The translations under genes and the position numbers were made by a program. Below the pieces are notes generated by a model. It did no database searches. It worked only from the letters and a program-made list of their open reading frames with translations, and was not told where the DNA came from. A stretch of DNA of 64,000 bases, from NCBI GenBank assembly GCA_965223545.1, contig OZ245006.1:3008001-3072000 (forward strand), given 5' to 3'. Below are positions 1-8,689 of this stretch, piece after piece. Position 1 is the first letter of the stretch. Each line of letters opens with the position of its first letter. The DNA comes from Planctomycetota bacterium. Its GTDB lineage: Bacteria; Planctomycetota; UBA1135; UBA2386.

Positions 1-1
1 G

Positions 2-655
2 GCCGTGCTCGCCATCCGGCGGCTGGCGGAAGCCTACGACGAGCTCGACAGCGGTGACCAGAAGAAGGTGCTCAAGGCGGTGGCCAAGACGTTCACCACC
101 GGCAAACTGCGGCCGCCTGAAACCGCACTCTACCGCGCCACGGCAGACGCGCTGGCGGCGATGAGCGACGCCGGTGCCCGGCAGCTGATGCGGGTGCACG
201 ACGGCAAGCGGTTCCCGTCCAAGCCGGAGTGGCTGTCGACCCGCGCGTTCCTTCTGCGCAAGCTGGGCGAGACGAAAACCGACTTGGCCAGCGATTATCT
301 CACCGAACGGGTCGCCCGCGAGCACCAGGACATCGAGCTGGCCGCTGCCGGCGAGGCGCTGCGCCACTTCGCTCACGTCGACGAGCGCAAGCGCAAGGAG
401 ATCGTCAAGGCGATCGTCGGCAAGCTGGGCGGGCTCGAGGCATCGGCGAGCCAGCAGGCCATTCCCGACCCCAACTCGCCGCAGTATCTCGCCAATGCGG
501 CCGCGCAGCGCACACTCAACGCGGTGAAGCGGCCGTGGATCGAAACGCTGCAGGCGCTGACCGGCGAGAGCTTCGCCAACGGCACGCAGTGGCAGCAGTG
601 GTACAACAAGAACAAGAGCCGGCGTTGGGACCCGCCGGCGCGCTCCAGCAAGTGA
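2..655 (+). CDS. Hypothetical helical (HEAT-like) protein, 5'-partial
   Basis: Frame is open from the window edge. The protein is Ala/Leu/Arg-rich and amphipathic and ends in LTGESF...W..W, a tail typical of planctomycete HEAT-repeat proteins. Its TGA stop overlaps the next GTG start (GTGA at 652-655). Confidence 0.6.
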   Translation, partial: AVLAIRRLAEAYDELDSGDQKKVLKAVAKTFTTGKLRPPETALYRATADALAAMSDAGARQLMRVHDGKRFPSKPEWLSTRAFLLRKLGETKTDLASDYLTERVAREHQDIELAAAGEALRHFAHVDERKRKEIVKAIVGKLGGLEASASQQAIPDPNSPQYLANAAAQRTLNAVKRPWIETLQALTGESFANGTQWQQWYNKNKSRRWDPPARSSK

Positions 656-1191
656 AGGCGGCCGCACCACCCTCACCTTGGGTGGTCCAATGCGCCGCCG
701 CGATCGCGCCGGGGGGCGCGGTGCTGGACGTCGCCGCGGGCGCCGGCCGCCACAGCCTCTGGCTTGCCGAGCGAGGCCACCGCGTCACCGCGATCGACCG
801 CACGACCGACACGCTGAAGCGCGCGTTGCTCGAGCGGCCCCAGCTGCAGGTCGAGGTCGTCACCGCCGATCTCGAGTCCGCCCCCTGGCCGCTCGGCGAG
901 CGCGCGTTCGACGCAGTCGTCGTCACCAATTACCTGTGGCGGCCGCTCCTCCCCCGACTGGCGGCCGCGATCGCCCCGGGCGGCATCGTGATCTACGAGA
1001 CCTTTGCCGTCGGCAACGAACAGCACGGCCGCCCGCGCAATCCCGAGTTCTTGGCCGGGCCCGACGAGCTGCACCAGGCCCTTGGCAAGGGCATGGAAGT
1101 GCTCGCCTGCGAGCAGGCGGACGTCTGCGCGCCGCGCCGGGCCGTGGTACAGCGCCTGTGTGGCCGCCGCCCACCCTCCGGCGAAGCGTGA
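652..1191 (+). CDS. Class I SAM-dependent methyltransferase (TehB-like)
   Basis: Motif I VLDVAAGAGRH, then VTAID, ADLE and FDAVVVTNYL. Start reassigned to GTG 652, which overlaps the upstream stop, instead of 229. Confidence 0.85.
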   Translation: MKAAAPPSPWVVQCAAAIAPGGAVLDVAAGAGRHSLWLAERGHRVTAIDRTTDTLKRALLERPQLQVEVVTADLESAPWPLGERAFDAVVVTNYLWRPLLPRLAAAIAPGGIVIYETFAVGNEQHGRPRNPEFLAGPDELHQALGKGMEVLACEQADVCAPRRAVVQRLCGRRPPSGEA

Positions 1192-1192
1192 T

Positions 1193-1256
1193 CGCGCGGC
1201 AGCGCGGAGGGGTAAACGAGTAAAAAAGCAGGCGATTGCTGCAACGCTGCCGCGCG
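1193..1256. repeat. Perfect 12-bp inverted repeat around an A-rich spacer, upstream of the ECF sigma gene
   Basis: CGCGCGGCAGCG (1193-1204) is the exact reverse complement of CGCTGCCGCGCG (1245-1256). The 40-bp spacer includes GTAAACGAGTAAAAAAG. Confidence 0.55.
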
Positions 1257-1277
1257 GTAGCGGCCACATGCTGCGGA

Positions 1278-3806
1278 ATGCGCCCTCGCTCGGTCGATCG
1301 CCTGTTTCACCGTTTCGCCCAAGCGCGCGATCCCGCGCTGCTGGCCGCGGTGTTCGACGCGACCGCGCCGGACATCGCCCGGCTGGCGCGCTACCTCGCG
1401 CCGGACGCGACCAGTGCCGACGACCTGGTGCAGGCGACGTTCGTCACGGCGATCGAGTCGGCCGACCAGTACGACCCCGACCGCGAGCTGCTGCCCTGGC
1501 TGCTGGGGGTGCTGGCCAACCACGCACGCCACGCGCGGCGCCGCGCGCAGCGCGCCATCGATCCCGACCGCGTGCACCACGCAGCGACCACCGACCCCGG
1601 TGAAGCCGCGGGTCAGCGCGAGCTCGACGCCCTGCTCACCGCCGCGATCGACCGCCTCGGCGAACCCTACCGGCCGGTGCTGCGCCTGCATCTGCAGCAG
1701 GGCATGGCACCCGCCGAAATCGCGCGGGTGCTCGAACGCCCCGGGGCGACTGTGCGCGCGCAGATTGCCCGCGGCCTGGATCGAATCCGCGGCCTGCTGC
1801 CGCCGGCGATGACCGAGCCGCAGACCAAGACGGCACCGAGCCGCTCGCTCGAAGCGGTGCGCGCCGCGGTGTTGGCGCGCCTGTCGAGCACCGCAATGCA
1901 CAAAGCCGTCCCGATCCTGACCGGAGCCCTGCTCATGAAGACCATCGCCATCACGGGAGCGTCGGCCATCGCCCTGCTGCTCTTCCTCTGGCAACTGAAC
2001 TCCAATGCGACTCCGCCCGCCGCGACGGACACGGCAGTGCGCACGACGCAGGACCAGCCGGCGTCGACCGCCAGCGCCGGCGTCGATCGTGGCGAAACCG
2101 AGCGCACCGCGATCGCGACGCCGGCTGCCGCGACACCCGACCCGGCGACCTCTTCCGCGGCCGTCACTGCCGGCCGCCTTCGCGTCCGCGTCCGCCGGGA
2201 ACGAGACGGGTCGGTGGCTCCCGGAGTCGCCGTCGCCCTGCATCGGTTGGGAGCTGGCGCCGGGCTGTCCGACGAACCACAGGTGCTGGCCACGGGGGAC
2301 GACGGCGCCGCGTTGTTCGAGCAGCTCGAGCCGGGCACCTACTTCGCGCGGATGATGCAAAGCGACGTCGGCGGCCGAGGCGGCCGCGTCACCGCCGGCG
2401 ACGAGAGCGTCATCCAGCTCGAGCTGCCGCGCGGATTGACGGTCACCGGCACGGTGCAAGACGCCGCCGGTCGGCCGGTTCCCGGCGCGGCAGTTCTCGG
2501 CATGACGACGCGGCCGCCCCACGTGCTGGCACACAGCGGCCCCGCTGGCGAGTTTCGTCTGCACGACCTCGGGCCCGGCATGCCGCTGATGGCGCACGCG
2601 GCCGGGCGCGTTCCATCGCTGGTCCACCAGCTGCCGATGGCCGTTGGAGACAGCGTCGAAGGTGAAGCCGCCGTGGTCCTCACGGTCGGTGATGCCGGCC
2701 GCGAGGTGCGCGGTACAGTGCGCGCTGCGGTGACCGACGAACCGGTTGCCGACGCCCTGGTTGCGGTTCTCGATCCCGAGAGCACGCCGCGCACCGACGC
2801 AGCCGCACCGTGGCGCTCGCCGCTGTGGGTGCGCACCGACCGAGATGGGCGGTTCGTCTTCGAAGGCGTCTCGCTCGAGACCCAGTTGCTCGTCGCACAG
2901 GGTGCGGGAGCCGGTGCGCCGGGAGCCACGACCCTCGCCGCGGGCAATCATGCGGCCTATGCCGACATCCGCTTGCAAGAGCCCGCGACGGTCCTCGGCT
3001 CGGTGTTCGAGGACGGCGCGCCGCGCGCGCGCGTCACGGTCCTGCTCTGGGCAAGCGCACCGGATCAGAACTTCGGCATCGCCCTCAACAGCTTCGGCAT
3101 GCGGCGGCTGACCACCAACGCGGACGGACGTTTCGAGGCATCGGACCTGCTGCCGGGCGAGCACGAGGTCAAGGTCATCGGACGGCGCGGCAACCAGCTG
3201 CATCGCGAGCTGTTGCGGCTGGCCCCCGGCGCGCGCCAAGAGCTGTCGGTGCACATCGGGTCGGGTGCACCCCTGCACGTCCTGGTCCAGCCGGCAAGCC
3301 CGGGCACCGGCATGCCCTGGATGCTCATGCTGCACGGCGTCGACGCCGCCGGACAGCCAGTGATCGACATCCAACCCGTGCCGCTCTCGGGCCGGCTCGA
3401 GCTCCAGACCTCCGCCGTGCCCCATCGGCCACGCTCGGTGTCCCTGCAGCTGCGTCTCGGCGGAGCGCACTTCGTCGTCGTCACCGAGCACGTCGTGCCA
3501 CCCGGCGCCGCGGAGGTCGCGCTCGAGGTCGCGCCCGCGCGGCTTCCGTCCGCGCGACTCAACGCACGCCTGCTGACTGTCGACGGCCGCGCCGCAGGTG
3601 GAGCCCGCGTCCGACTGGTCGGTCCCGGCAGCTCGAGCAAGAGCCGGATCGGCGCGACCGCCGATGCGCAGGGGCACATCGACGTGGGCCCGCTGCCGCC
3701 CGGCGAATACCAGGTGATCGCCGCCGACGGCAACCACTTGCTGCGAACGGTCTCGCTGGTGCAAGACCGCACCGAGCACGCCGGGGACCTGCGACTTCCG
3801 CAGTGA
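1278..3806 (+). CDS. ECF (sigma-70 family) sigma factor fused to a TM helix and periplasmic carboxypeptidase-regulatory-like beta-sandwich repeats
   Basis: Sigma2 (ADDLVQATF, LLPWLLGVLANHAR) and sigma4 (LGEPYRPVLRL...EIARVLERPGATVRAQIARGL). These are followed by a hydrophobic helix (TIAITGASAIALLLFLW) and repeats such as GTVQDAAGRPVPGA, TDRDGRFVF and TNADGRFEA. Probable start is ATG 1278. Confidence 0.85.
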   Translation: MRPRSVDRLFHRFAQARDPALLAAVFDATAPDIARLARYLAPDATSADDLVQATFVTAIESADQYDPDRELLPWLLGVLANHARHARRRAQRAIDPDRVHHAATTDPGEAAGQRELDALLTAAIDRLGEPYRPVLRLHLQQGMAPAEIARVLERPGATVRAQIARGLDRIRGLLPPAMTEPQTKTAPSRSLEAVRAAVLARLSSTAMHKAVPILTGALLMKTIAITGASAIALLLFLWQLNSNATPPAATDTAVRTTQDQPASTASAGVDRGETERTAIATPAAATPDPATSSAAVTAGRLRVRVRRERDGSVAPGVAVALHRLGAGAGLSDEPQVLATGDDGAALFEQLEPGTYFARMMQSDVGGRGGRVTAGDESVIQLELPRGLTVTGTVQDAAGRPVPGAAVLGMTTRPPHVLAHSGPAGEFRLHDLGPGMPLMAHAAGRVPSLVHQLPMAVGDSVEGEAAVVLTVGDAGREVRGTVRAAVTDEPVADALVAVLDPESTPRTDAAAPWRSPLWVRTDRDGRFVFEGVSLETQLLVAQGAGAGAPGATTLAAGNHAAYADIRLQEPATVLGSVFEDGAPRARVTVLLWASAPDQNFGIALNSFGMRRLTTNADGRFEASDLLPGEHEVKVIGRRGNQLHRELLRLAPGARQELSVHIGSGAPLHVLVQPASPGTGMPWMLMLHGVDAAGQPVIDIQPVPLSGRLELQTSAVPHRPRSVSLQLRLGGAHFVVVTEHVVPPGAAEVALEVAPARLPSARLNARLLTVDGRAAGGARVRLVGPGSSSKSRIGATADAQGHIDVGPLPPGEYQVIAADGNHLLRTVSLVQDRTEHAGDLRLPQ

Positions 3807-3903
3807 GGAGCGCGCCGAGGAGGGGCACTCGGGGGAGTCCCCAGCCTGATTCTGGCCAGGGTCAGGGCCACAATCGCCCCTCCCTCCCTCTCGAAACGCC
3901 CCC

Positions 3904-5631
3904 ATGCAAAAGCAGCTGCTCCGTGCAGTCGCGCTCGCCGCGACCGCGATTCTCCCCGCCCAGGAGACCCTCGGGCCCTTCTACACGGTCACCGTGACCG
4001 GGCCGGTCTCCGACCGACAGTGGCAAGCGCTGGCGCGCTTCGACCCACTGACCTGCGGACGCCCACCGGCGGGCCGCCCGTTCGCCGTCCGGGTGCAGCA
4101 GCACCAGTTGTTCCAACTTGCCCAACTCGGGCTCGAGCTGAGCATCGACGGGGGGGCCGATGCGACTCCACCGGCGCCCGAGTACTACACGACAGCGGAA
4201 GTCGAGCAGGAGATCGACGCGCTGGCGAGCGCGTACCCGCAGCTGGCGGTCAAGATCGATCTCACCACCTGGCCGGGAGCCGCACGGACGCACGACGACA
4301 ACTCCATCTTCGCGCTGAAGGTCTCCGACAACGCCGCGGCCGACGAAGACGAGCCGGCGATCCTGCTGGCGGCGCAGCACCACGCGCGCGAGCTCAACAC
4401 CCCACACATGGTGATCCGGGCCATGCAGCGCACGCTCAGCGGCTACGGCACCGACCCCGCGCTGACCCAGCTGGTCGACGGCTACGAGGTCTACTTCGTG
4501 CCGACGGTCAACCCGGACGGCGTCGACCACGTTTGGTGCTGCGACAACTTCTGGCGCAAGAACCGCCGCAACAACGGCGGGGGCATCTACGGCGTCGATC
4601 TCAACCGCAACTTCCCGTTCTTGTGGACGTCGTCGTGCCAGGGATCGAACACGACCAGCAGTCAGACCTACCGCGGTCCTTCCGCCGCCAGCGAGCCAGA
4701 GACGCGGACGATGCGGGCCGCGGTCCAGCTGCTTCGCCCCGAGATCTACCTCGACTTCCACAGCTACGGCCGGGAGGTGCTGGCGCTGTATCCGCCCTGC
4801 GCCAGCGTGCAGACCCCGATCGCGCAGATGGGCGCGCACTACGCGGACGACCTGCGCGCACCGATGAGCTACGCGACGCGCGCACCGTCGGCGTCGGGTG
4901 AGGCCCCGCACGACCACTGGGCCGACGGCGGCACGCTGTCTTATCTGATCGAGGTCGGCACCGCATTCCAGCCGGCTTGGAGCGAGACCGTCAACGAAGA
5001 GGCGCGCGTCTGGCCCGGGGTCTACCGCGCACTGACGACTTGGCAGCCATCGGTGCGCGGCCACGTCCGCGATGCGGCGAGCGGTGCCCCGCTGGCCGCG
5101 GAGATCCACTACTCACCCGATCTCTACGACGAGGGCGAGCTGCACCGCAGTCGGGCACGGGACGGTCGCTACGCGCTGTGGATCCCCGAGAACCGCAACG
5201 TGCAGGTCACGTTCTCGGCGCCGGGCTACGACGACAGCACGCATGCACTGTCGATCGGACCGTACGGCAGCACCATCCCGCTGGAGGTATCGCTGGACGA
5301 GGCGACGCCCGCGACGGCAACCGTGGTGTTCGTGCAGTCGATCGCGGTCGGCACGCAGAAGGCAGGCCGCCGGCAGAAGCAGGCGCGCGCCAGGGTCACC
5401 GTGTACGACGACCTCGGGGCGCCGGTCGCCGGAGCGACGGTCACTGGCGACTTCACCGGCGACGTCACCGCGAACGGCGCCTCCGCCACGACCGACGCGA
5501 ACGGCGTCGCGACTGTGCTCAGCCCAGCGGTCTCCGGCAAGCTGCGCCGCTTCACCTTCTGCGTCACCGGCATCGCGGCCACTTTGCCGTACGCGCCGGC
5601 ACAGAACGCGCAGACCTGCAGCAGCCGGTAG
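3904..5631 (+). CDS. Secreted M14 zinc carboxypeptidase with C-terminal beta-sandwich/Ig-like domains
   Basis: Signal peptide, HARE (HxxE) zinc motif, WRKNRR, GVDLNRNF, DFHSYG and a candidate catalytic Glu in LIEVG. Confidence 0.9.
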   Translation: MQKQLLRAVALAATAILPAQETLGPFYTVTVTGPVSDRQWQALARFDPLTCGRPPAGRPFAVRVQQHQLFQLAQLGLELSIDGGADATPPAPEYYTTAEVEQEIDALASAYPQLAVKIDLTTWPGAARTHDDNSIFALKVSDNAAADEDEPAILLAAQHHARELNTPHMVIRAMQRTLSGYGTDPALTQLVDGYEVYFVPTVNPDGVDHVWCCDNFWRKNRRNNGGGIYGVDLNRNFPFLWTSSCQGSNTTSSQTYRGPSAASEPETRTMRAAVQLLRPEIYLDFHSYGREVLALYPPCASVQTPIAQMGAHYADDLRAPMSYATRAPSASGEAPHDHWADGGTLSYLIEVGTAFQPAWSETVNEEARVWPGVYRALTTWQPSVRGHVRDAASGAPLAAEIHYSPDLYDEGELHRSRARDGRYALWIPENRNVQVTFSAPGYDDSTHALSIGPYGSTIPLEVSLDEATPATATVVFVQSIAVGTQKAGRRQKQARARVTVYDDLGAPVAGATVTGDFTGDVTANGASATTDANGVATVLSPAVSGKLRRFTFCVTGIAATLPYAPAQNAQTCSSR

Positions 5632-5730
5632 GGCCACTGCCACGGCAGCCACCAGAGCACGGCGCGGGCTACGCAGAGCCCCGAGGGGGCAAACAGATAC
5701 GGGATCACCCGGGCTGGAGCACACGCAAAA

Positions 5731-7527
5731 GTGCGCGCCAACGGCCGCCGATATGTACGCGTGATCACTCCGACGAGGGCCATCGCGGTGACAACGACGT
5801 TCGCTCAGGCGCGCGTGATCACGATCCGCGCCCAAGCGATCAGCCACGCCGCGCAGTCGGCCGGCCTCCCTCCCATCGACGTGCAGCAGGGCGAACCGCG
5901 CGTGATGGAGGAGGTGCGTGACGGAGAAACCGTCGAACACGTCCTCGTCGACCTGGAGATCACGTTCGCACCGATCCGGCTGGACACCTATCAGCTGGTT
6001 GGCTGGAAGAGCGCGACGAGCGTCACGGCATGCCTGGGGGAGGACCCCAATCAGCTGCTGGGTCGGGCTCCGACCTGTGACCATTGCCCGGATCACGCGG
6101 TTCACGAGGGCCTTTGGGTCGTGCGGAAGGTCGACGAGCCGGACGAGACCTTCCAAGTCGGACAGCTGTGTGTTCGCGAGGCGTTCGCCCACGTAGGCGA
6201 GCCACTCGAGCGGCGCCTCGAGTTTGGTCGGCGAGCCGGCGAGTTGCTCACCGGCTTCGGCTCCGGCTCCGCTCCCCTGGCGTGGGTCGAGGTCTCCCCT
6301 GGCCAAAGCACCGCCGCTTTGGACTCGAGCCCGAACCGCTGGGGGCCCACAGCCCTGGCGGCCGCCGCAATGACCAGCTTGATCGCGCTGCTGTGGCCGC
6401 GCCAATCCTCACCCCCACTGCCCCCCACGCCCGCGCGCCTCGCGCTGTCACCGGCGACCCCGACCCCCGAGCGCCCGCGGCTGGCTTGGCAGCCGGCCAG
6501 CTCGACGGCGCGCCCGGCGACTCCCTCGAACCTCGACGCCGCGCGCAGCGATCTCTTCGACCTACTGACACTCTGGCGCCACGCCGGATCTCGGCGGGCT
6601 CAAGAAGCCATTCTCGATCGGATTCGAGAGCTCGGTGCCGAGGGACGGATGGCGATGCTCACGCTGTTGAGCGACAGCGCCCACCCGCTGCTCCTGGACA
6701 CTCTGCAGGTCGCGCAGCGATTGGATCTCACCGCGGCCCTGCCGTTGGTGGCCCGCATGACGGAGGCAGGCGACGCGTCCTTGCGGGCTGCCGCTGGCGC
6801 CTGTGCTCGCGACCTGGAGCGATCTCACCGACGGAAGTCGACGCTGGCGGGCACCATCAAGGGAACCGGAGACCACGCGGGGCTGGGCCAAGACGCCGAC
6901 TTCCTGCACCACGTCACCTCGGACGCCGAGCTGCTCGCCATCTGCCAGAGCATTCGCCGAGAGGCGAACGAGACATTGCGCATCACCGCGATCAAGGCCC
7001 TGGCACCGCACACCGACCGCCCCCTGGCAGCGGACATGCTCGCCGATCTGCTGGACGATGCGAGCGGGGCGGTGCGAACAACCGCACTGCGCGCCTTCGC
7101 CGACCACCCACAAGAAGACCCGACCAGCGCAACCGCCGCGGGTACTCGTCACGCCCTGCTTCGGGTCGCAAACGACCACCATCGCCCGCTCCTCGAGCGC
7201 GCTGGGGCACTGCAGGCTTTGGAGCGAGGCGCAGCGATCCCGACCGCCCAACTGTTCGTGCTCTCGTCGAGACTCGAGCCGGCGCTTAGAGTGCTGTGCG
7301 CGCGGTGCTTGGTCGTCGCTGGTGACCGGCGCGGTCTTCGCATCGCGATCGACATACTCGGCAACGGCGCGTCGCCCTCGTCATCGGTCGCTCGGGAGGC
7401 ACACCGCGTCTTGGTCGCGGCAGCCGGGACCGATCTGGGTCCCACCGGCGCACACTGGGTCGCATGGGAAGCCGACTTGACGAGCCTGCGGGCTCTCGAG
7501 CTGCCTCCAGCCGGACCGTTGCCCTGA
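5731..7527 (+). CDS. Membrane-anchored HEAT-repeat protein with a Cys-containing N-terminal domain (start uncertain)
   Basis: N-terminal CDHC...QVGQLC, a TM helix (TALAAAAMTSLIALLW), a Pro-rich linker, HEAT-like repeats (LLDDASGAVRTTALRAF) and a GTDLG...W..W tail. Confidence 0.6.
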   Translation: MRANGRRYVRVITPTRAIAVTTTFAQARVITIRAQAISHAAQSAGLPPIDVQQGEPRVMEEVRDGETVEHVLVDLEITFAPIRLDTYQLVGWKSATSVTACLGEDPNQLLGRAPTCDHCPDHAVHEGLWVVRKVDEPDETFQVGQLCVREAFAHVGEPLERRLEFGRRAGELLTGFGSGSAPLAWVEVSPGQSTAALDSSPNRWGPTALAAAAMTSLIALLWPRQSSPPLPPTPARLALSPATPTPERPRLAWQPASSTARPATPSNLDAARSDLFDLLTLWRHAGSRRAQEAILDRIRELGAEGRMAMLTLLSDSAHPLLLDTLQVAQRLDLTAALPLVARMTEAGDASLRAAAGACARDLERSHRRKSTLAGTIKGTGDHAGLGQDADFLHHVTSDAELLAICQSIRREANETLRITAIKALAPHTDRPLAADMLADLLDDASGAVRTTALRAFADHPQEDPTSATAAGTRHALLRVANDHHRPLLERAGALQALERGAAIPTAQLFVLSSRLEPALRVLCARCLVVAGDRRGLRIAIDILGNGASPSSSVAREAHRVLVAAAGTDLGPTGAHWVAWEADLTSLRALELPPAGPLP

Positions 7528-7670
7528 CAGGCAGACAACGCCGCGGCGCCGGAGGCCCGGAGAGACAGTGCAGACGCCTCCCGCGCGATTGCCGAAAAGA
7601 GCAACAGGTTCCCGGCGCCCGTGTCGATAGATCCGGCGACAGATCGCGCAGCTCGCCTCGATTCCGCCAC

Positions 7671-8093
7671 ATGCACCGATCACAGCGAAGACTGGGACAA
7701 GCGGGTTGGAGCTTGGCGGAAGCCCTGATGGCAACCGTCGTCTTGAGCATCGTCGTCCTGGCTTTGATCCAGACACAGGCCTCGAACCTGTCGGCATCGC
7801 TCGAGAACCGAGAGCTCGTCATCGCGGCCAACGAGCTCAATCTCTGCATGGAGGACGCCCGCTCGAGAACGGTCCGCGACCTGTTGTCGGCCAGCAGCCC
7901 CTTTCAGCCCGGCCTGCCGATCGCCGGCTACCAGGACCGCGTCCTGCGCGACCAGGTCGTACATGTCCAGTTCCCCGGCTACACCCCCGGAGCTCCGGCG
8001 CCTGCCCGCTTGACGGTCGAGCTCACCATTACTTGGTCCGGCCACAAGAAGCGCGTGCGCCGGTTGACCTCGTCCTCGATCGTCGCACCATGA
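7671..8093 (+). CDS. Type IV minor pilin/pseudopilin (PilV/GspI-like)
   Basis: Class III signal: basic leader, then G|WSLAE (Glu at +5) and a hydrophobic helix. Start reassigned to ATG 7671; ATGA overlap with the next gene. Confidence 0.8.
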   Translation: MHRSQRRLGQAGWSLAEALMATVVLSIVVLALIQTQASNLSASLENRELVIAANELNLCMEDARSRTVRDLLSASSPFQPGLPIAGYQDRVLRDQVVHVQFPGYTPGAPAPARLTVELTITWSGHKKRVRRLTSSSIVAP

Positions 8094-8689
8094 AGCGGGA
8101 CTCGGGCCCGAGTCAACGCACCGGCTTCGCCCTGGTAGAGGTGGCCATGGCCGGGGCCCTGCTGGCACTCCTCGCCGCCGCCGCGGCCGCGACCATGCAC
8201 CGAGCAGGCTCGCTGAATCGCGCGATCCACGAGCACGATGCCTTCTTTCGGCGCGGAACCGCAGCGCTGCGCGGCATCGTGGAAGACATCAGACGCAGCT
8301 CCTTCCGGCCCTCCGCCGGCGTCTCGTACCCGGCGGTGACCGACGTGACCGTCACGCAAACCGGCCAAACCCACCGCCAAATGGCGTTTCTGGTGCCGCG
8401 CGACGCGAACGGCGACCGCATCCCCGATCTCTCCTCCGGCAGCGTCCTGTGGAGTTCGACACCAGTGACCTACGGCGTCGACCATCACCATGGCCGCACG
8501 CGCCTGCTGCGCACACAGGACGGCCAGCCCCGCGTCGTGCTCGACTCCGTGCAGAGCGTCCGCTTCGACACACCGGAGAGCTCCGGCTGGACGGTCCCGT
8601 TCGGTTGCGTCCGCATCGAGATCTCTCTACTCGACCCATCCGGTCGGACTCGAGCCCTTTCCGCCGTCGTACGACTCCTGAACTCGTGA
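8090..8689 (+). CDS. Type IV minor pilin/pseudopilin (PilW/GspJ-like)
   Basis: G|FALVE prepilin motif plus a hydrophobic helix. ATG 8090 overlaps the upstream stop. Confidence 0.8.
   Translation: MKRDSGPSQRTGFALVEVAMAGALLALLAAAAAATMHRAGSLNRAIHEHDAFFRRGTAALRGIVEDIRRSSFRPSAGVSYPAVTDVTVTQTGQTHRQMAFLVPRDANGDRIPDLSSGSVLWSSTPVTYGVDHHHGRTRLLRTQDGQPRVVLDSVQSVRFDTPESSGWTVPFGCVRIEISLLDPSGRTRALSAVVRLLNS

Noticed and set aside
993..3905. 970-aa minus-strand ORF
   Set aside because: Antisense shadow of the ECF sigma fusion; it has no motifs, and long shadow ORFs are expected at this GC content.
5113..6405. 430-aa minus-strand ORF as an alternative gene in 5650-6400
   Set aside because: It overlaps the M14 gene by about 500 bp and has no motifs; the plus frame gives a more coherent protein.
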